A DNA stretch of 64,000 bases from Infirmifilum sp. GTDB taxonomy: Archaea > Thermoproteota > Thermoprotei > Thermofilales > Thermofilaceae. Location: positions 128,001-192,000 of the forward strand of contig JBEULP010000117.1 in assembly GCA_041287245.1 (NCBI GenBank), given 5' to 3'. The notes under the pieces are model-generated. The model had not been told where the DNA came from. It saw nothing but the letters and a program-made list of their open reading frames with translations, and made no database searches. A program made the translations under genes and the position numbers. This document shows, one piece after another, positions 20,620 through 30,364 of the stretch; the first letter of the stretch is position 1; every line of letters begins with the position of its first letter.

Positions 20620-21516
20620 GTGCACATGAACCGAAGGTTTCTAACAGCAACGTTACTATTTGTCTCCATCACCCTGATATTTGCGTTTTACATTTATAAC
20701 CAGAGTAGACAACACATTGAATCTGCTAAAGGACTAAACATTATAGTAACATTTTACTCCCTGAAGCCTGACATTGAAATGCTCACCTGTAAGGGTGATT
20801 ACGTTTACTCGGTTACGCCTTCTGGAGTTGACCCTCATGAGTATCAGCTTTCACCCTCGGATATCTCTAAATTAAAAGAGGCGGATATCATAATCTCTAC
20901 AGCCCACACTCCATTTGAGACACAAATTAGAGATCTCGTTTCTAAAGGTGAAATCAAAGCTCTACTATTAGAGATCCCAAACATACCAGGTATAAAAATC
21001 AAGCAAAACCCAGCCACTGGTCAACCCAACTACCACTGGCCCATCTATGACCCGGAAAACTACAAGACTTACATAGACTACGTGGAGCAGAAACTCGAAA
21101 AACTTCGGCCCGACTGTGCAGCAGAATACAAAAACCACGCTAAAGCAATTCTGGATAACGTTACCCAGATTCAAACTCAAACTGTTCGTTTAACTTTATG
21201 TGCAGTGGCAACTTCCCCACCTGCACAATACGCCGTCGAGTGGACTGGGCTTCAAGTTAAGTATCTCTTGATAAAGGAGGAAGGCGTGCCAGCAACACCT
21301 CAAGACTTGACCGTGATTGAAAACAGTTTAAAGTCCGGAGAGTGCAGACTCATCCTGATCGTCGGGGCCACGAGTACTCCAATAGCCCAAAAAGCGCTGG
21401 AGCTATCTTCAAAATATAATGTTCCTTATTTGCAAATACCTGATCCTATCTCACCTGATTCTACCCTAAGCAAGATCTCTGCTGTTTCAAATCTACTGAA
21501 AAATTTCAAAAAGTAG
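20620..21516 (+). CDS. Zn/Mn ABC transporter substrate-binding protein (TroA/ZnuA family)
   Basis: N-terminal TM anchor, GVDPHEYQLSPSD, NYHWP..DP.N. Divergent from the permease/ATPase genes. Confidence 0.9.
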   Translation: MHMNRRFLTATLLFVSITLIFAFYIYNQSRQHIESAKGLNIIVTFYSLKPDIEMLTCKGDYVYSVTPSGVDPHEYQLSPSDISKLKEADIIISTAHTPFETQIRDLVSKGEIKALLLEIPNIPGIKIKQNPATGQPNYHWPIYDPENYKTYIDYVEQKLEKLRPDCAAEYKNHAKAILDNVTQIQTQTVRLTLCAVATSPPAQYAVEWTGLQVKYLLIKEEGVPATPQDLTVIENSLKSGECRLILIVGATSTPIAQKALELSSKYNVPYLQIPDPISPDSTLSKISAVSNLLKNFKK

Positions 21517-21563
21517 GCTTCCCTGAACCGAAAGTATTTTTCTAAGATTATTTCTCTAGTAAA

Positions 21564-21622
21564 ATGGAATGAGGAGCGCTGGAACTACTGATTTCGTGAT
21601 GTAGGCTACTATCCTGACCCAT
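21564..21622 (+). ncRNA. Box C/D guide sRNA
   Basis: C-like ATGAGGA (21569-75), 12-nt guide, D' CTGA (21588-91), C' GTGATGT (21596-602), 11-nt guide, D CTGA (21614-17). Terminal ATGG/CCAT stem. Intergenic. Confidence 0.8.
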
Positions 21623-21704
21623 CATAGAACAAATGCTTGTAAGATAACTATGAGTGACCGGACGGCAAGAAGATTAAAATTTCACTTTACATGGTACTAT
21701 AAGT

Positions 21705-22625
21705 ATGAGTGAAGTAAATACGAAGAAATTAGGTATACTCTGGTATACGGAGTGGCTAGGCCCACTTGAGGCTCACATCCACGGTATCGAAGAAATACTA
21801 TTTGATGGGCGGACAAGGTACCAGAGGGTTACAATAGCTAAAACAGGCTCTTTTGGACTGGTTCTTTTCCTGGATGGTTATGCCCAAAGCTCTGAGTATG
21901 ACGAGTTCATCTATCACGAGTCTCTCGTCCACCCCGCAATGATAACTCATCCAAAACCGAGGAATGTTCTAGTAGTTGGTGGGGGTGAGGGCGCTACAAT
22001 ACGCGAGGTGCTAAAGCATGATTCAGTTGAGCGCGTAGTTATGGTTGATATTGACCAGGAGCTTGTAGAGCTAGCTAAAAAGTATCTCACCAAGTGGCAT
22101 CAGGGCGCTTTCGATGACCCACGCGTTGAACTTGTATTTGGGGATGGAAAAGAATACATTGAAAACGCAAGGGAGAAATACGATGTAGTAATCCTCGACC
22201 TTACCGATCCGATTAAAAACACCCCCGGCGTCCTCTTATACACTAAGGAGTTTTACGAGAGTGTTAAGAGAATTTTAAAACCTGACGGTGTTATGGTTAC
22301 ACAGGCGACTTCCACAAGGTATTATATTCACGCCTTCGCCATAATCGGCAATACTATACGGACTGTCTTTCCTTACGTCGGTTTATACAAAGTTTTTGTC
22401 CCAACGTTCTACAGCGAATGGGGATTCGCTATGGGCTCCCTTAATAGGGATCCTTTATCTGTCCCACCCGATGAAGTCAAGCATAGGCTCGAAAAGCTGA
22501 ATTTGAAGTATTTAGACGTTGAAACCTACACTTATCTCTTCAAAATACCTAGGTATATACGCGAGAAAATGCAGAGATACACGCAGATCTCCACCCTGGA
22601 CAACCCGCTCGAACTGGGAGAGTAG
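21705..22625 (+). CDS. speE: Polyamine aminopropyltransferase (spermidine synthase family)
   Basis: LDG..QS...DEFIYHESLVHP, VVGGGEGAT.RE, VDID, DLTDP. Confidence 0.95.
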   Translation: MSEVNTKKLGILWYTEWLGPLEAHIHGIEEILFDGRTRYQRVTIAKTGSFGLVLFLDGYAQSSEYDEFIYHESLVHPAMITHPKPRNVLVVGGGEGATIREVLKHDSVERVVMVDIDQELVELAKKYLTKWHQGAFDDPRVELVFGDGKEYIENAREKYDVVILDLTDPIKNTPGVLLYTKEFYESVKRILKPDGVMVTQATSTRYYIHAFAIIGNTIRTVFPYVGLYKVFVPTFYSEWGFAMGSLNRDPLSVPPDEVKHRLEKLNLKYLDVETYTYLFKIPRYIREKMQRYTQISTLDNPLELGE

Positions 22626-22630
22626 CAAAC

Positions 22631-24100
22631 TCATCGTTGGACTCTTGAGAGAAGCCTCCAATAACTGAGGCTTTGACTGATCTGCTCTTTATCGCCGGGT
22701 TTTTCGCGACGCTCAGCAGTGAGAAGGGATGGCGTCTCTTCAACAGTAGAGTACAACTCTTTTTTCTCTAGAATCCTAGTTGTATAGGTCCCCGAGACAA
22801 AGTCTGGGTCTTCTAAAATTTTTAGGAGAAAACTACGATTACTCTTTATACCTCCTATTACTAATTCACTTAGGGCTCGTTTAAGCCTTTTACGTGCCGC
22901 ATCTCTACTAGAACCCCATGCTATTATCTTCATGAGAAGTGGGTCGTAAACCTCTGGAACAGTAAAGCCCTCGTACACACCGCTGTCAACCCGAATCCAC
23001 GGACCTGAAGGAAGGTAGAGATGAGATAATGTTCCGGGAGATGGAGCGAAGTTCGCGGCGGGATCCTCTGCATAAATTCTTGCCTCAATCGCGTGGCCGT
23101 GGAAGGATAGGTTTGATAAAGAATCATCTAAGTGTTTTCCCGAAGCTATACCTATTTGTTGTTCAACAATGTCAATCCCTGTAATCATCTCAGTAATCGG
23201 GTGCTCCACCTGTATCCTCGTGTTAACTTCTAACAAGTAAAATTTTCTCTCATTGACATCAAATAAGAACTCAAACGTTCCTGCGTTAACATACTTGCAT
23301 TCTTGCGCAGCCTTTATCGCTAGGCTTAACACTCTTTCCCGTTCTTCAGGTGTTATAGAGGGAGAAGGGGCCTCCTCTATTACCTTTTGAAATCTCCTCT
23401 GAACGCTACACTCTCTCTCGAATAAGTGAACAATCTTTCCATGCAAGTCCCCGAGGATTTGCACCTCGATATGCTTGGCTCGGGGAAAATACTTCTCAAG
23501 ATATACTTCACCACGCGTGAAATATGAGGAGGAAAGCCTCGCAGCTTTCCTGATGTTCTCTTCAAGCTCTTTGGGATTTGTGGCAATAAACATGCCTATA
23601 CCCCCGCCACCACCCGAGGGCTTCACAATAACAGGGTATCCAATTTCCTCTGCTACGGATTCTGCTTCATGAAGATTAACAGGACGCATTGTTCCAGGAA
23701 TAACAGGTATTCCGGCGCCACTGAAAAATCTCCGGGAAGAAAGTTTGTCACCAGCAAGTTCGAGTGTCTCCGGCGGAGGTCCAATCCACACAAGTCCTGC
23801 TTCTCGGACCTTTCTAGCGAAAGTGGGGTTCTGTGAAAGAAAACCATAGCCTGGATGTACGGCTTCGGCTCCTGTTTTCAATGCAGCTTGTATAATAGCG
23901 TCCATGTTTAGATAGCTTTCCCGTGGCTCGGGGGGACCAATCTTTACTTTCTCGTCTGCAAGTTTTACGTGTAAAGCCTCGCGGTCAGCGTCGCTGTAAA
24001 CAGCTACTGTCCTGATGCCAAGGTCTCTTGCAGTGCGTATTATTCGAACTGCAATTTCTCCCCTATTTGCAATAAGTATTTTTTTGAAATACCCCTCCAT
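22631..24100 (-). CDS. Biotin carboxylase (AccC/PycA-type)
   Basis: ANRGEIAVR, HPGYGFLS, GGGGIGM, ERECSVQRR.QK, EVNTRIQVEH, RVDSG. Confidence 0.93.
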   Translation of the reverse strand: MEGYFKKILIANRGEIAVRIIRTARDLGIRTVAVYSDADREALHVKLADEKVKIGPPEPRESYLNMDAIIQAALKTGAEAVHPGYGFLSQNPTFARKVREAGLVWIGPPPETLELAGDKLSSRRFFSGAGIPVIPGTMRPVNLHEAESVAEEIGYPVIVKPSGGGGGIGMFIATNPKELEENIRKAARLSSSYFTRGEVYLEKYFPRAKHIEVQILGDLHGKIVHLFERECSVQRRFQKVIEEAPSPSITPEERERVLSLAIKAAQECKYVNAGTFEFLFDVNERKFYLLEVNTRIQVEHPITEMITGIDIVEQQIGIASGKHLDDSLSNLSFHGHAIEARIYAEDPAANFAPSPGTLSHLYLPSGPWIRVDSGVYEGFTVPEVYDPLLMKIIAWGSSRDAARKRLKRALSELVIGGIKSNRSFLLKILEDPDFVSGTYTTRILEKKELYSTVEETPSLLTAERREKPGDKEQISQSLSYWRLLSRVQR

Positions 24101-24105
24101 GGAAT

Positions 24106-24900
24106 CTACCCGTCGGATTTTATCTTGTAGAATTTTAATGCATTTTCCGTGGTTATTTTATCTATCTCTTCGAAAGGAAGCCCCCTGAGCTTAGCAATCT
24201 CCTCTATGACTGCCCTTACTCCCAGAGGGGTATTTACTCCTCCATCAGGGGCTAAAAATGGGGCATCTGTCTCAGTTAATAGAAATTCTAATGGGAAGTT
24301 TTTAGCTATTTTCCGCATGCTCTTGCTATTCGTAACTTTATAATTCACGGAGAAATAAAATCCCATGTCGAGGGCTCGCTTCGCCGCTGTCATGTTTCCA
24401 GTGAAAGAGTGCATCAAAACGTTTAATTTATAACTCGCCAATATCTCTATAGCGTCTTCCTCTGCCTTACGGCTGTGGATAACTACAGGCTTTCTTATTT
24501 TTTCAGCGAGTTCAAGCATCTCGAGGAAAATTTTTTTGGAGCGCTGATACTCCTCCTCGCTCTTTATCCAGAATCTGTCCAGACCAATCTCACCTACAGC
24601 CACTATCTGATCCTTGTTTTCTAAAACGAATTGCTTGTAAAGCTCGACTTCCTGCTCTGTCATCTCTGCAACTTGTGTCGGATGAAGCCCCAAGCTGGTA
24701 AATACTTTTCCTTTAAACTGGTAGCTTATCTCTAACGCCTTTTTAGCATCCTCGAAGCCAGGTTTTTTTGCTTCCTCAAATGGTAGTGCACATGTTACAA
24801 TACCTGTTAGCACTGAGGTGGCCTGGGGAAGTATATCTGGGATTCTCTCTCTCAGACCTGGATAAGTCAGGTGGCAGTGAGCATCAAACACCTGTGTCAA
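24106..24900 (-). CDS. tatD: TatD family nuclease/hydrolase
   Basis: DAHCH, GLHP, GEIGLD, IHSR, MHSF, ETDAP. Start reassigned to TTG at 24900. Confidence 0.9.
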   Translation of the reverse strand: MTQVFDAHCHLTYPGLRERIPDILPQATSVLTGIVTCALPFEEAKKPGFEDAKKALEISYQFKGKVFTSLGLHPTQVAEMTEQEVELYKQFVLENKDQIVAVGEIGLDRFWIKSEEEYQRSKKIFLEMLELAEKIRKPVVIHSRKAEEDAIEILASYKLNVLMHSFTGNMTAAKRALDMGFYFSVNYKVTNSKSMRKIAKNFPLEFLLTETDAPFLAPDGGVNTPLGVRAVIEEIAKLRGLPFEEIDKITTENALKFYKIKSDG

Positions 24901-24950
24901 TAGCAGGTAAATCTTATATTGCTTATGTCGTGAAGAATTCAAGGCACTTC

Positions 24951-25850
24951 ATGATGACTCTTACTCTGCTTCGTTCAAGAATAGACGAGCTAAGAAAAAT
25001 GCTAGATTCCTATATACGTGAGAATCTTTCAAGTGAAATTCCCTCCGAGGATGTCCTATATGCTTTGGAGGGGGGCAAGAGGATACGTGGAACCCTTGCT
25101 TTGTATATTGCCGACTCTCTGGCAGGTAATCCTCAAAAAGCTCTCCCAGTTGCGCTGGCTCTTGAGCTCATGCATTCAGCCTCTCTAATACACGATGACA
25201 TCATTGATAGATCCTATCTGAGACGAGGGAGAGAAAGCTTTTGGAAGAAGTATGGAATAAACTATGCAGTAATATTTCCACACATCATGATAGCCACGGC
25301 TATAAAGTACGTTGCTAAAGCTGGGGCTAATGCTGTTGTGGAAAGTATGGAGGCATGGCGCAGGGCTGCTTACGGGCAGATATGGGATATGCAAATTCTT
25401 GACGGCATAGATCCGGGTATAAGCTATATGCAGATCATCTCGAGCAAAACAGGCGCTGTTTTTGAAGCTGCCTCCGTGCTTCCATTATACGCTTTAGGAT
25501 ACCCCGAGGCAAGGATTGCTGATGCTAGAATGTTTGGCTTAGCTTTAGGCTCTGCCTATCAGATCTTGGACGACCTAGCCGATGTCGAGAAGGAGAGAAG
25601 AGATAGTGGTAGTGTTGTAAAGTTATTGCAAGAGTCAAGAGGAGATCCTATTTCTCATGGTGTGAATCTGTTTCAAAACGAGATAGATAAAATATTGAAA
25701 AGCGCCCTCAAACTTTCATCATCTTTAGCCTTCTTTGCAAGGTATTCCCTGGAGCTCTTTCTACTTGAATGTAAACCACCAACGCGTAAACGTATTTCAG
25801 AAATAATAAGCTCAAGGTGGAGCTATTGGAAGCTACCGGACTACCAATAG
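24951..25850 (+). CDS. Polyprenyl diphosphate synthase (GGPP synthase-like)
   Basis: GGKRIR, HSASLIHDDIID....RRG (FARM), GQ..D, KT, QILDD..D (SARM). Start reassigned to ATG at 24951. Confidence 0.88.
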   Translation: MMTLTLLRSRIDELRKMLDSYIRENLSSEIPSEDVLYALEGGKRIRGTLALYIADSLAGNPQKALPVALALELMHSASLIHDDIIDRSYLRRGRESFWKKYGINYAVIFPHIMIATAIKYVAKAGANAVVESMEAWRRAAYGQIWDMQILDGIDPGISYMQIISSKTGAVFEAASVLPLYALGYPEARIADARMFGLALGSAYQILDDLADVEKERRDSGSVVKLLQESRGDPISHGVNLFQNEIDKILKSALKLSSSLAFFARYSLELFLLECKPPTRKRISEIISSRWSYWKLPDYQ

Positions 25851-26488
25851 GCCTCTGGCTCTATGTTGAAGAGGTTTTAAAATACCTCTTCGACGCGGAT
25901 ATTTATGAGAAAGCTAACACTATAATGAGCCTAGGTCTTCACAAGGTGCTGAGGAATTGGGTTCTCTCATCAGTTCAAGGACTCATCCTAGATATCGGTT
26001 GCGGCAACGCTGCATACATCCCATACTTAACACGAAAGGCTGACTGGGTTGTCTGTGTCGACCCAATCCTAAGCAACAGACGATACAGCTTTGTAAACCT
26101 AGACAAAATAGTTGGAGTTGCTGAATATCTACCATTTAGGAATCGGGCTTTCGACTGTGCCACGGCAATGTTCAGTTTCCGCGACTTTATGGACAAGGCT
26201 CGCGGCATTTTCCAGATGATGACGGTGGTAAAAAAAGGAGTATTAATTCTAGATCTTTTCTCCCCAGACTACTATCTAACACCTCTGATCTTCTTTTACT
26301 TCGGGTATATTGCGCCTTTTCTCGGCTTTTTGGCTAGTAAAGGAAAGAAGGGTAGGTGGAGTCTTCTCGTACCCACTTTGCTTCTCATGCCTCGTGCGAA
26401 GTTTTTCCAGAGAATAGGTGGGAGGGTTTTAGTAAAAAAGGGAGTTGGTTTAGTTGCAATAGGATACCTTCCTCCACGTAGCTTATAA
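25817..26488 (+). CDS. Class I SAM methyltransferase, UbiE/MenG-like
   Basis: YEKAN.IMSLGL, LDIGCG, AE.LPF....FD, FSFRD. Confidence 0.8.
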   Translation: MELLEATGLPIGLWLYVEEVLKYLFDADIYEKANTIMSLGLHKVLRNWVLSSVQGLILDIGCGNAAYIPYLTRKADWVVCVDPILSNRRYSFVNLDKIVGVAEYLPFRNRAFDCATAMFSFRDFMDKARGIFQMMTVVKKGVLILDLFSPDYYLTPLIFFYFGYIAPFLGFLASKGKKGRWSLLVPTLLLMPRAKFFQRIGGRVLVKKGVGLVAIGYLPPRSL

Positions 26489-26561
26489 TGACAGAATGGC
26501 CCTGGATGCATTAATATTACAATAAACTTATATAACGTGAATTAGATTGTAAAATGTTAGT

Positions 26562-26912
26562 ATGAAGGACGAGAAACGCTTAAAGGAAGTTGGGGCACTA
26601 CGAGTGAATACTATCATCAAGCTTTATGCGTTAATCCTCCTAGCGGAGGGTGAAAAACACGGATACGAGCTAATGAGGACGCTGGAAAAAATGACTGGAA
26701 TGCCTATAGGACCCTCTCAAATATACCCATACCTTAAAAAATTAGAGGAAGCAGGTCTCGTAGAATCAAGAGAAATAGGCTCACGTGACAAAAAGTCCTA
26801 TAGGCTTACTCCTGAGGGTATAGAATTTGTTAGGGATGTTCTAGAGCGATCGCTTACGGTAATTCAGACTGCGGTTAAGGTTCTTGGTCGGGATAAAATC
26901 TGCCTACCATGA
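26562..26912 (+). CDS. PadR-family transcriptional regulator
   Basis: HGYELM, IYP.L.KLE..GLV, KK.Y.LT.EG. Confidence 0.92.
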   Translation: MKDEKRLKEVGALRVNTIIKLYALILLAEGEKHGYELMRTLEKMTGMPIGPSQIYPYLKKLEEAGLVESREIGSRDKKSYRLTPEGIEFVRDVLERSLTVIQTAVKVLGRDKICLP

Positions 26913-27011
26913 TACCACAAATGAGGCTCCGATCACTTTCCTGAAAATTAAAGGGATAAATGGCTAAGTATGTGAATCTTTAAATAAACAACAAGGTTAG
27001 AAGAGGATTCG

Positions 27012-28166
27012 ATGTTTAAAGCGGCTGTTATAGGGCTAGGTCCTGCAGGCGCCTCTGCTCTGAAACGCCTCAACGAACTTGGGATTAAGGCAATTGCTAT
27101 TGAGAGAAAAAAGGCTCCGGAAACACCTACGGTGTGCGGCGAGTTTCTCCCAGACCCCGATGTCATCTCTTTTATATCTAGAAAACCTTCTGTTAAAAAA
27201 GCGTTTGAATACATAGGCTTGGCGTCACGGCTAAACACTTTTAACGAAATATACCTCGAACTCGAAGGGGTTAAAACCTTTAGGATGAATATTAGCGGCT
27301 TCACAATCAGTCGAAAGCAGTTAGTTGAGAAGCTTATTGATGGCTCTGAGTATGTGTTAGACGATGATGTGGTTAGCATCAAACGACTTTCGAATAGCTA
27401 CATAATTAAGACTCGAAGGGGGCTTTCCATAGAAGCGGAATATATCATCGGAGCAGATGGTTATCCATCATCCGTAAGAAGGCTATCAGGGTGTTATGCA
27501 CAAGTAAGTGACGAGGATGTCGCCGTAGGAATCAATGCCAAGATAGAAACTCCTGAGATGAAGAGGAACATGATTTACATGTATGCCTCTCTCTCAACTC
27601 CCGGCGGATACGCGTGGATAATACCTCACTACAACTTCATATCGAATGTTGGAATAGGTATAAGGTATAATTTTATTCGGCAGAAGGGTTATAACATCAT
27701 TCAATTATTCCAGGAATTTATTAAAAGAAATGCTAACGGATACCTTGATAACTATAAAATTATAGAACCTCCACGCGCCAGATGGATTCCAGTTTCAGGT
27801 TTCTATGGTTCTCCTGTTTGCGACAAGATATTATTCGCCGGAGATTCATTGGGTGCGACTAACCCCATAAACGGGGGTGGAATATTTACCTCTATGAGTC
27901 TTGGAATACTAGCTGCGGAAGCTGTATGGCTAGAGAACCCGAAAATCTATAGTGAACGGTCTTGGAATGAGGTTGGCAGTATATTACTTATAGGTAGAGC
28001 CTATAGAAAACTGGTTGACTTCTTCTTCGAGCATTGGAAGATCTCTCATATTCTACGCATAGTAAATGACAGTCTTGCCGCTAGGGTCATAAAAGGAGAA
28101 AGAACCATATTATATGATATTCTCAGTCTTGGAATAAGAACCCAAACCTCTGGTCAACCTCGCTAG
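27012..28166 (+). CDS. Geranylgeranyl reductase-family FAD oxidoreductase
   Basis: GLGPAG, CGE, IGADG..S.VRR, PGGYAWI.P, AGD......P.NGGGI. Confidence 0.85.
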   Translation: MFKAAVIGLGPAGASALKRLNELGIKAIAIERKKAPETPTVCGEFLPDPDVISFISRKPSVKKAFEYIGLASRLNTFNEIYLELEGVKTFRMNISGFTISRKQLVEKLIDGSEYVLDDDVVSIKRLSNSYIIKTRRGLSIEAEYIIGADGYPSSVRRLSGCYAQVSDEDVAVGINAKIETPEMKRNMIYMYASLSTPGGYAWIIPHYNFISNVGIGIRYNFIRQKGYNIIQLFQEFIKRNANGYLDNYKIIEPPRARWIPVSGFYGSPVCDKILFAGDSLGATNPINGGGIFTSMSLGILAAEAVWLENPKIYSERSWNEVGSILLIGRAYRKLVDFFFEHWKISHILRIVNDSLAARVIKGERTILYDILSLGIRTQTSGQPR

Positions 28167-28884
28167 GTTCAAGCTTCTCATAAGCTTCTGTTGTTCCTAG
28201 ATCAAACCAGAAGCTATTAGTTACATAACCCCCCACTCTTAGTCCTCTCTCGATCAAGATACGTATCAAGTCTCCCATAATGTCAATATCCCGTCTACTC
28301 TCTGCTAGCTCTTGGAGATACTCTAGAGCTCTCTTCTTTACAGCGAGGATGCCTATAGTCACAGGCTTGCCTAGAGGTGGTTTTTCCACTAATTTCACAA
28401 CGTCATCTCCTTTTAGCTCTGCCACACCTACAGCCACGCGATAATTTGGGGAGAGAGCTAACGTTGCGGTAAAATTCTTCGTACTGTGAAAAGAAAGCAT
28501 TTCTCCCAGGTTGATATCAGATAAAATATCACCATAATAGACGAGTACGTCATCAGCTTCCTCCAGAACACCCTTTTGGTATGCGTTATAGAGTGCTCCG
28601 CCGTTTCCTCCAAAGCTCGGGTCATCCCATACGTATGAAATGTTTACGCCGAGCCTTTCTCCGGCGTTGAAATAATTCACGATCTGTTGCCCTTTATACC
28701 CAACTAGCATCACGATATCCTGGATACCGTGGTATTTCATGAGACGGACGATGTATTCAAGTAATGGTTTTTGTTGAGAACCTATGGGTATCATTGCTTT
28801 TTGAAAGTAATAGGTTAGAGGGCGCAATCTTTTTCCCTCTCCACCGCAGAGAATTACACCTACAGTCTTGGGTTTATTGCTCAT
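28123..28884 (-). CDS. Sugar-phosphate nucleotidyltransferase
   Basis: LCGGEGKRLRPLT...K, YGD, EKP, WFDLGT. Confidence 0.9.
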   Translation of the reverse strand: MSNKPKTVGVILCGGEGKRLRPLTYYFQKAMIPIGSQQKPLLEYIVRLMKYHGIQDIVMLVGYKGQQIVNYFNAGERLGVNISYVWDDPSFGGNGGALYNAYQKGVLEEADDVLVYYGDILSDINLGEMLSFHSTKNFTATLALSPNYRVAVGVAELKGDDVVKLVEKPPLGKPVTIGILAVKKRALEYLQELAESRRDIDIMGDLIRILIERGLRVGGYVTNSFWFDLGTTEAYEKLEPSEVDQRFGFLFQD

Positions 28885-29001
28885 ACGTTTTTAAATAAGC
28901 GAAATTAATTATTTGTTTTTCGCGGAACCCTCTTGGAAACCCCTTGTTAATAATTCTTGTTAAAAACTATAATAGTTAAGGGCCGCTCACTATACATTTT
29001 T

Positions 29002-30324
29002 GTGCAAGGAACGAAGTATATCTGGGAGGATGCATTCGATATCACGAGGATTAAAGCTAGATGGGTTCTCGATTCACGTTCAAATCCCACCGTTGAGACA
29101 GAGGTTTATACGCTAGACGGAGGATTTGGAAGAGCCATTGTTCCATCGGGAGCCTCAACGGGGACTCACGAAGCTCTTGAATTGCGCGATGGGTCAAAGG
29201 AGTTCCACGGTAAGGGAGTAGCAAAGGCTGTAGATAACGTCAACACCGTCATAGCGAGAGAGATCATAGGGATGGATTCGCGTCGCCAAGAAGACATCGA
29301 TCAAAAAATGATTGAGCTCGACGGAACTCCCAACAAATCACGGCTAGGAGCTAACGCGATTCTCTCAGTCTCTCTGGCAGTTGCTCATGCGGCTGCTAAT
29401 ACATACGGCATGCCTCTTTTTGCATACCTCGGTGGGATGCAAGCCTACTTGCTTCCTGTGCCTCTTATGAATATTATAAACGGGGGAAAGCACGCCGGGA
29501 ATGACCTTAAGATACAAGAGTTTATGATAGTACCTGTAGGAGCGAAAACTTTCGGAGAAGCACTAAAAATTGGAAGCGAGGTTTACCACTCTCTTAGAGG
29601 TATTCTCAAGGAAAAGTATGGCAGTCTAGCTATCAATGTTGGAGACGAAGGAGGATTTGCGCCTCCAATGAAACAGTCCCGTGAGGCTCTTGACGCTTTA
29701 GTTTCAGCTATAGAAAAATCAGGGTATCAGCCTGGAAAAGATGTTGCTCTAGCTATTGACGCAGCAGCTTCAGAATTTTTTGATGAGAAAAGAGGGGTCT
29801 ATGAGTTGGACGGCAAGACGTTCACCCGTGAACAACTAATTGAATATTACAAGGGGTTAGCACAAGAATACCCTATTGTTTCAATTGAGGATCCCCTGCA
29901 AGAGGATGATTTTGAAGGCTTCGCAATTGCAACCGAAGAACTGAAGATTCAGATTGTGGGTGACGACTTATTTGTAACCAATGTTCAGAGAATATTGAAG
30001 GGGATTTCTTCAAAGGCGGCGAACGCTCTCTTGTTGAAAGTAAACCAGATAGGAACCTTAACCGAATCCCTTGAAGCTGCAAGGCTGGTTACAAATAACA
30101 ACTACTCTGTTATAATCAGTCATAGAAGCGGCGAGAGCGAAGACATTACTATTTCTCACATCGCAGTTGCATTGAACGCTGGGCAGATCAAAACCGGAGC
30201 CCCTGCGAGAGGCGAGAGAACATGCAAATACAACGAGCTGCTCAGGATTGAAGAAGAATTAGGTTCGAGGGCAAAATATCCGGGTATGAGCGTATTTAAA
30301 CACTATCGTCTTGGTTCAATATAA
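29002..30324 (+). CDS. eno: Enolase
   Basis: [47 protein letters not shown]. Start likely GTG at 29002. Confidence 0.97.
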   Translation: MQGTKYIWEDAFDITRIKARWVLDSRSNPTVETEVYTLDGGFGRAIVPSGASTGTHEALELRDGSKEFHGKGVAKAVDNVNTVIAREIIGMDSRRQEDIDQKMIELDGTPNKSRLGANAILSVSLAVAHAAANTYGMPLFAYLGGMQAYLLPVPLMNIINGGKHAGNDLKIQEFMIVPVGAKTFGEALKIGSEVYHSLRGILKEKYGSLAINVGDEGGFAPPMKQSREALDALVSAIEKSGYQPGKDVALAIDAAASEFFDEKRGVYELDGKTFTREQLIEYYKGLAQEYPIVSIEDPLQEDDFEGFAIATEELKIQIVGDDLFVTNVQRILKGISSKAANALLLKVNQIGTLTESLEAARLVTNNNYSVIISHRSGESEDITISHIAVALNAGQIKTGAPARGERTCKYNELLRIEEELGSRAKYPGMSVFKHYRLGSI

Positions 30325-30364
30325 AAACCAAAAATTTTTTCTAGGGTTAGATACGAGTCTTTTT

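Noticed and set aside
24768..24950. N-terminal extension of the track ORF for the prenyl synthase
   Set aside because: Overlaps the divergent tatD gene; family similarity begins near ATG 24951.
26517..26552. TTACAAT...ATTGTAA flanking the padR TATA box
   Set aside because: Plausible PadR auto-operator, but a 7-bp AT-rich repeat with a 22-nt spacer could be chance.
26905..26985. Possible third C/D sRNA (ATGAGG...CTGA) after padR
   Set aside because: Only one convincing box pair; the second C/D pair is too degenerate to support.
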